Assembly: GCA_000934665.2 (NCBI GenBank)
Contig: JYFJ02003260.1
Coordinates: forward strand, 1 to 44,380
DNA length: 44,380 nt
Source: Catajapyx aquilonaris
Taxonomy: Eukaryota
Direction of reading: 5' to 3'
The notes beneath the pieces were generated by a model. That model was not told where the DNA came from. It made no database searches and saw only the letters and a program-made list of their open reading frames with translations. The position numbers and the translations under genes are program-made. This document shows positions 36,095 to 44,380 of this stretch, one piece after another; the first letter of the stretch is position 1, and each line of letters starts with the position of its first letter.

Positions 36095-38974
36095 CGCCCA
36101 CCCTAGAGATGTTGCATGACTGGCAATAAAGCACATTCTTGCGCCGCAGAATTTCATTAACCCGCATCATTTGCATGTCAATGCTCGCCTCGTCCCGTGA
36201 TGGATAATCTGGCCTGGCTGCTGTGAATTTCATGAAAAGAGGGGGAGGATGTTTCGGCTTTACGATCGGAGATGAAGATGCGTTCAAAAACCGGTTAAAA
36301 GTGCTGGTGTGTGCGGCGTGCCTACATATTTATGAAGGGAGTGTTACAATACCTTCGGGCGTGTATGAAATATGCACAGTTTTGAACTATTTATTCCAGC
36401 GTTTCTCTGAATAAATGCATGTATCTCGCACCGCCAGGATCAAACGGCAGTGTTTAGGTCAAACTATAGCAAATATAGGAAGATTTAGGATTTAAAATTC
36501 ACTGCTGGGTCTGCAAATATAGGAATCCAAGTTCGTTAAGTAATGTGTACATGGGGAGTGGGTAAATATCAGAGATTTGGGTGCTCCCAGAAGGAAAGGG
36601 GGAAAGTTTTTGACGAGTCTCCTTTGGAGGGTTTCAGGAGCAATTTTCAAGTGGAAGTGTCAGTGACAGTCGGTTGTTGGTAAAGAATTCACATTCATGA
36701 GGCGTTCTGATTGGGATTCAAGTATGCAAAGTGAGGCTTAATGATTTCGAAAAATTCGTGTGCAATTAGTAATGGCTTCTGGTAGAATGTTGCTCAAATT
36801 TTGAAGGTGTCAATGACAGCCGTCCTATCCACTTATCGATGTGAGGAATGCTGGGTGGCTTTCTGCACATACTTTTTCTCCATGTGAACTTGCCTCACAT
36901 TCAAGTGGGAGAGAATATTTCCCCCCAGCAGCCATAGGAGAGACTTGTCTGCTTGAGGGCATAAATCTTGTTCAGACGCCTTCACGCAAATGGCCCAAGT
37001 TACTCAAACTATTCCTCTTTGCAACGTGTGACCCATACGGCAGCAGAAGCAGCAGAGTCACGGAATTTATCCACCTCACAAAGTTGCAACCATCTCCTGC
37101 GTGTGTTGGCCGCTGGATGCATTCCTTGATCCAGCTGTCGTTGGAGGCATATGTGCGGAAGGAATAGTTGGAATAGCAAGAATAGGCAGTGTGTTATACA
37201 GGTTGAATGGAATTTAATTGCGGGTTTTAGGTGCAACTTTTTGAAGAATGTGAACCGCGTTTAACACCCGTGTCCGAAGTACCATGTTGAATTCTTGAAA
37301 TGTTTCATGAAAATGGTTGCCGTTATTTTGATGCTCATTTGCTTCAAATGCGATGAAAACTTTTAGCGGGCTGCTAGTTTTAAAAGACTTGCTCCCAGAG
37401 GCAATACAGAGGAAGTTGGTTGTCTGGTTTTGCATAGCACCCTGATGTTTCGCAGTAAAAATCGAGGGCCAAGTTGAAACACCGCTGATAAAGCATTAAT
37501 TAGGTTAAAAAATTTACTCTAGCCTGGGGTTATGTATAGAAGTGGTCCAGCGTTTGGCTGGAAATGTAGGGCATTAAGTATTGAACAGTTACACATCGGA
37601 ACCGTGAGTCACTGCGTGCGGAGTTGCAATGTCTGGCAAGTCCAATGTGGCCACCAACACCCAAGGGTATACAGCCGGCACTGATATTCATTACAGGTTT
37701 GTTTGTTTACAGCCTAAGTAACTGGGATTGGTCTGTAACATATGTTTTATTTAATGATGGGTTAGATTACTTGGATTAGAGACAGTCTGAAAAGTGGTTT
37801 TGCTGAAACCTCGCTGATTCTCAAATATTGGACAGTAAAAGACTTAGGTTCTATATGTAAACTGAGTTTATGTGAGGTACACTGTAACAACAATGTATGC
37901 AAAATTTTGTGCAGAAAACTTGTTGTCATGTATCGCTACCAGCAAGTGCGGTTCATAATGTGTCACTGGACTGGTCGTACCATGTTACAAGTAGCGAAGT
38001 TGTCATTTGATTCGAGCCATTTGGAGCCCGTGAGTTTCGACTATTTTTTTCAGTTTTTGCGTACCGTACGTACTTTGTTTTTATAACATTGTTTTGCTAC
38101 AGCTCCCCGTGGTGATGGTACTGTACAGTATACGCATGACTTTTCAAATGGCATTGTGACTTGCATTTGATTATGCATGTTGATTAAATCCCAGTGGGTA
38201 TGGCGTTTTCCAGAGGGAGCTGCAGGCACTAATTGTTTTGTGTTCTGCACAGTAATTTCTGTTTCCATAATTAGAGCAAAATAATGATGCGCCGCAAAAT
38301 GGGTTTCTTATTCGGTCTGAAAAATGCTAAACGACTGCATTCACAAGGAACTTACGTAAATGCCAGCTGCACTGATTTAGCGAAGTCTGCCTTGCATTTT
38401 GGGAGCACAGCTGACACGTAATAGAGGAAACACCCAACCAAAATATACGGAGAAAGCACCAGTCACGAGGACCTAGCCCATATGTGCTGGGAAATTGCCT
38501 TCGGATGATAAGTTCAGGGCGAGTGAAATTGGGCACTCGCGCGAGAAATTTAATTACGAGAGCTTCCAAAGCTCAGGTAGAAGCATTAGAACTAAAAGAA
38601 GCAAGAATTCCAGGGAGTCTCGTCTTTTAATAATTGTCTTCGGTGCTTCTTTCTTATGGCCTGAGGATGCGTATAACAGGCGAGGTTCCAATTTGAAAAA
38701 AAGGGGAGATATACTGTACACATTTTGAAATAAGTCTCAACATGCCTAATATTGGCGGAGATTTGAAGTGCATTTCATACATATACTATTCGTTGCAAAT
38801 TCGCGGATAAGAACGTGATTGCTGTACTGTGAAGTTTAAAATTTTAATACCGTTAAAGCCGACCCAGTTTTTGGCAACTGAAGCGTGCTTTCCTGCCTTA
38901 GCCATCACGCCTAACACAGCGGGCCACTTCAAAAAAAGTTGGTGAGGTTTATACCACAATTTCTCTTTAACTGT

Positions 38975-39065
38975 CGGATGTCGCATGAAAATACCCAGGA
39001 AAGAAGTTGCCAGGGGCGTGGCCCCAACGGACGGATTTCGCATTAAAATACCCAGAAAGTGAAGT
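38975..39065. repeat. Imperfect direct repeat of about 33 bp, period 57
   Basis: CGGATGTCGCATGAAAATACCCAGGAAAGAAGT (38975-39007) versus CGGATTTCGCATTAAAATACCCAGAAAGTGAAGT (39032-39065). Confidence 0.8.
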
Positions 39066-42000
39066 ACTTCCACCTCGGTGGATTCATAAAGCCCGGGCTT
39101 GATCGCGATAACGAAATGGGAAAGGGGCGCAGATTTTTCAGTGCAGCCACGGTGAATAATTAGCATGGCGTCCTGTCAGTTGGTGTAAAAAGGACAGATA
39201 ACGGCGTGTCTGGCCGAAGCAATGGCACGAATTTCAAGCCGGACAGCTGGTTACAAATGCTGCGCACTGTGAAACGCACGGTGTGTATATACCATCCACA
39301 GTTCGACTAATGAGCCTCACTTGTCACGACCGGCTTGAAAAATGATGGCCTCTGCGACATGTCAGTCATTGCGGACTGGCGACCACTGATGGGTTACCAG
39401 GATATAATTAAATACACTGCGGAGGTCCCTGCAGGTGGTCTTAAATGTACGAAGTATGTCATATGTATGCAGACACCCTGTGCCCTTTAGGTGCGCGAGT
39501 ACCTCCAGGAGAAATCCATCATTTTATTGCTGCATTCATAAAACTCCCATTAGGAACTGTAATATCTTGTGATAATCAGAATCTGGCAAAAGCCCTCAAG
39601 CACCCCTGCACTTTCAATTATTATTCCAAAGTCTACCTCCTAAATCTTAGCTCATGAATATGCATTCGCAGATATGAATTCATTTTGATTCCGGGACATA
39701 AGGTTTCTCTAAGAACCTTCAGCCCAGAGTGAAAAACAGCTGCTGGTATAAGCACACATTTTCATCTTAAGCGAAACTTTGCTAACCTTAATATATCATT
39801 TTTGCACGATTTTTCTATAGAAGAAAATTGGCAGCATATAGGTGACCGACTTTTACTCCGGAACGCCCTTGGTTCTCGAACTTGACCTAACCCAACAGAG
39901 AAAAAAAAGCTGGCCGTTGGAGAGAGGTATAGGTTAAAAAATAGATGTGGGCAAGTCGACGGTATCTCAGGGGCTTGTTGGCAAAAGTGACGTGAATGCA
40001 GGAAACGAGGCAGCAGTTAGGGCGGGAAATGAGCCCACAGCCTCCTGAAGAGCAGCGTCTTTTGAGGATGCCGTGGCCTCCATTTGAAAGATGGGAATAT
40101 TCTGAGGCTGTGGCCCTTTGTGGAAACCCTTGCTTGTGGGAGTGGAAGTAGTTGGGGTGAGGGGGGGGGGGNGAGAGAACTCATCTTTTACCGAGATGAA
40201 GAAGCCCACGTCCACCAATTCATCGGGAATTTTCAAAACGTGCTAAATCCTGCTGCTGGAGCAATTTGAAGGACTTTTATCACTGTTCGATTACATTCAG
40301 AGAGATTACTTCACATGTAGCCTCAACATGCATTTTTATCAGATGTCTGTTTTTGCAATTTCACCAAATAGCACAGTATGCATGGGCGTAGTCGATGCGA
40401 GGGACGTGCAGTATGTTGGCTGCATGAGTCGAGTGATAATGAGCATATGGACTGTATGATGCATTAGGCAGATTCTCTTGGAAATATTGGGTTGTGGTCG
40501 AGTTTTGGCAGAATTTTCACGAATCAGGGTGCTAGCGGGCGCCATTAGATTATGAGATTAACTCATTAGCAGCTTCCTGCATGCAGAAACTACATGATAT
40601 CCGGATCATCATGCAGTGCTTGGGTATAAGAGAGAGGATACACAATATGGCGAATAAAATTTTAAAAGCGTGTGACATATGGCGCACATGTAAGTTATGT
40701 GAGAATCATTATTTTGACTACATGCTACTGAACATCATTTGACGTAGACGTAATGCTAATACACATGATATCGATTGCATGCAGACACATTACCACAGAT
40801 TCATTGTTTCTGTGCTCGACTGGGGAGTGCTCCCGGTGCTTTGTCTGTTAACAAGCATTGTGCTGTACATTTAAGCGCCACGCATGTAGCTGGTTTAGTG
40901 ACACGTATAGTGCAACATTAATAGCACTTTTTGCAAGTTAGTGGCACGCCTATTTAGAGAGTAGAACGTAAAGATAAGCCGAGGGGGGAAGCGTTTCTCA
41001 GGAAGCAATTTTGATAGGTTTTTAGTACAAGATGGTCGAAGTTCTGGAGCAACGTTACAAGTGTATCTGGCCGAAAAGTTTGGTCCGATGGGGTCGCTTC
41101 TAATCGCATTACCAACAGCGGCTGCTCTCGATTTTTCGCTCGCTTTTCCAGTTTTATGCTGGCGTCCAGAATTTGGCAAGTGATTCATGGGTATCATGTG
41201 GATGTCGTTAAAGGCAGCGTATATTTTATTTATAGGGCTATTATTAAAGTTATCAGCTGGGCGCGAATTAAATTTGGCCTGCCGTTCGGAGGCCCGCTGT
41301 AATTTTGTGGGAATGTATAAGCTTGCAGCACGCGTATTTACATTGCGGATGAAAAATGCAGCTCCGTTAATGAAATTACCCACGGTTTTGTAGCCCTGTC
41401 CATGGAATAAATCAAGTTGCGCCCCCAACAATTAAAACAGTGTTTGTACTGCAATCTGAGCCGAACCGGATTATTGCCACAGGCAAGTCTTGCTCAGTTC
41501 CCTTTTCATCCGGATTCCGTTTTATTACATCTTGTCAGGGGCAATGAGCCACGAATAAAGAGGTAATTGGGAGAAAAGAGTTGAAAGGAGGACTCCATTT
41601 GGCAGCGATTGGATCCGTCCTCTAGTCATCCTAATTGCAACACTGACTCCAACACGGCTCCGTAATCCGGTTATAAGTTCAGAGCTGACAACTACAAGTA
41701 AATGGACCGTCTACATTTTTGGGGGATACAATATGGAGTCAACTGAATGGCATCTAATAGAGCGGTGTTGCTCAAAATTAATGGAAATTGTTTTTGATTC
41801 ACACTGTACAACGATTCAGTGCATTGTCGTTTAAATAGTTCAAGCCTGTTCCAATTGGGAACTTGCTAATAAAAAATAGGGTCCTATTTTTACCCCATGG
41901 TCGAGTCAAGATGGAGTGTCGCTGCAGGCGCGATAATTTGACAGGCACAGGCCCTAATTAGAGGCCAGACATTGAATCCACCCGTGACTGTAGGGCCTCT

Positions 42001-44380
42001 TGAAACCTGAGGTTTCAATTGGGCATCCTCATGGATGTGCTGTCGTATTGATTTTCGTATCCTCTTCGTTTTGGCGCACTCGGCTGTCTGCACCCGAATT
42101 GCGCGCGTTTTGATATAGGTCGCGTTACTGCCGCCGTTTGCAATTTTGAGTTTTGGGGGAGAAAATATTTATCCCCGGAGAGTCTAATGATGCTAACGAT
42201 TCGACCGGGCGTGACTGCCAGGGGCGGGTATGTAAATCGGAGCCAATCAGCTGTAGCCAGTAGCCCGCTAGATTAGCTGGCTTTGGCGGTGTTTTATCTG
42301 CTTTGTAGGTGTTCATTGGCGTAAACACAACCTTGAAAAGAAGCTATGGCTTTTGGCTTGTTTTCGCGCTTTTTGACATCGGTCTGTGTGATAACTTGTT
42401 GTTTTTTAGGTGTATACGTCATTATTACGAAATGTACGGACGTTTGACCAACAATTTTCGAAACTCGGGACCTGTGTTTATTTCCTGTATGATATGCAGT
42501 ATATTTGCATATCCATCCTATTTATCAACGCGGTGAACTAGTACATATTAAGTAAAGTGTACTGTATAGTTATGTAATGAATACACGAAATAATTAAAAT
42601 CAACAAAATTTAAATTAGGCAAATGATATTAATATAATACTGTGACTTGTGCGCATGTATGTGAGCATATTACACCATAGTTCGCATATAAAGGTCGCAA
42701 ACCACGCCAATAATTACAATTTACTGTATTTTGTGGGTCAATGACACGCTGACAGTTGAGATTGTCACAATATTGATAACCTGCTACGAATACATTGAAT
42801 TATTGAAACTGTAGTTCATTTCCTGAAATGGCTGATTTATGATGATAATAATTGTATCAGTTTCGAGAGACTTACCGAGACTTCTAAACATTGCATTTAG
42901 GACGCTTCTTGACGATGAATTATTGTACTCGTCTCCTGTTTCGAATAGCTGGCTTTCATGGCGAGGAAATAAGCCATGCCTCCCAGGTGCCTTAGGAAAG
43001 CAAACCATGCCTACCAATTTACCTGCGCAGCTTGTATATAGTTGACTCGGACGTTCCAGGGGAACTTTTTAGGAGGAAAAAAATTGGTAGGGGCAGGTCG
43101 AGCAGCGGTGCTCATAAATCCACTCCAGTGTGCATGTGAATGAATCTGGGGACAAAGTAGTTGGCACGACCCACGAACTGCAGCCTCATAATTTTTCTCC
43201 TGTAGCTGCCGCTGCCTGCTTGTTGTTCTTGAGCCTGGAAAAGGAAAAATGAACGCCTGTTTGATCATTTTCTTTCGCCATATTTAGATACAGGCTGATT
43301 CGACATTATGCCTCACTCCATATGTATTAGTTGATGTCGCCCTCTCGCCTCGCCCAGCATTGGCACGCTCATAAACTTGCCCAAGCCATTAAGAAAACCG
43401 CAGTAGTGTGGAACAATGGAATACATCGCGCCATTTCGGTTTGATGACAGTCAATCAAAGTCTGAACGATGCCCGAGTCGGTTTTAAAGCCCCCACCAAA
43501 ACCAACCCAGCAGCAGTCGACGCGATTGGTATCGAGCAAACTGTTCCGTGACAGACGTGGGGTAAACACGTCACCTCCATTTGTACGGAGGACACTGCAT
43601 ACTAAAGACATGAGTGATTGGAGTCGACATGGTTGCACACGTCTGCTCCCCAAACGAGGCTGGAAACCGGGAAAGTGCACTTCTGCCACGTTAAATCCTC
43701 CGGATTCACTCACACTGTTTGTGATGATCATGACAACCGGATTTTTTGGGGGGTACCATTCCGGCGACCCCCAACTTTATGCTGATGCCACCCCTTTAAG
43801 CAGAGTCATATGGGGCCCGCTGGAAAACAAGCTTCGTCGTGGTTTAGCAGATATTTTTTGAAATGGTGTGTGTACCGACCCGACGGTTCAGTGAACTCGT
43901 ACACACTCCTTCAGCTGAAATTAAACAGGCAGGGTCGCAGGGAAATAAAACATATACATACAATATTATCTCAGGGCATTTTAATCACGATATGTCACTC
44001 TTCGTGCATATTTGTTGAACCGGCTTGGAATGATATCAGGGAGTAATCCCGGACACAACTTAAGCCTGCAGCCATATGTGACGGGCTGCAAAACAGCGAC
44101 GTCACATTGCAGAACATATTTCTGACACCCATGTGTATTCGGTACAGGACCAGCCTCTGTACCGAGTACACATGCAGATGGGGAAAAAGGGACATGTGGT
44201 TACCATATGCCAGCGTGGTTTGTGGCGATGTCCATTTTGCTCTGGTCCCGCTTTGCGAGATAAAGGCATTAGAGGAGGGGTTGTTTACATTACTCGCTCG
44301 TTAATTTTTATTATTTGCGCGGGCAAGAGCGACAGGGGTTTCAGCGATATGCGGGCCATGTTTTTTGGCGTATTCGCTCT

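Noticed and set aside
40161..40172. G-run ending in an ambiguous base; other G-runs (about 3899-3911, 21328-21338, 33157-33179) as G-quadruplexes
   Set aside because: Homopolymer or low-complexity sequence. The N indicates base-calling uncertainty, and there is no evidence of function.
1..44380. CRISPR arrays, operons or prokaryotic defence systems
   Set aside because: The window is spliceosomal-intron-containing animal DNA, and I saw no regularly spaced repeat-spacer array.

Overview
Eukaryotic (arthropod, most likely insect) genomic DNA. It covers the middle of the neural cadherin gene (CadN / DN-cadherin, type III classical cadherin) on the + strand. I can place 13 coding exons between 9878 and 24882, all with GT-AG boundaries and consistent phases. 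With one of the two alternative exons included, they give about 874 codons, or roughly 8 extracellular cadherin repeats. The set includes the tandem pair of equal-length (191 nt) mutually exclusive exons that correspond to Drosophila 7a/7b (15178-15368 and 15978-16168). Positions 1-9877 and 24883-44380 appear to be large introns. The introns carry transposon relics: an internally deleted mariner, a Tc1-type hairpin MITE, a piggyBac-type MITE, a tRNA-derived SINE, a 5'-truncated LINE and hAT-like ends. The most interesting signal is two long, co-linear intronic complementarities that cross each other. Region 14191-14233 pairs with 15829-15875 and would loop out exon 7a. Region 15426-15539 pairs with 16466-16587 and would loop out exon 7b. 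Together with nearby Rbfox- and QKI/How-type motifs, they suggest a competing RNA-structure switch for the 7a/7b choice. I found these pairings by eye; no folding or conservation analysis has been run. Most entries in the ORF track are spurious intronic ORFs.
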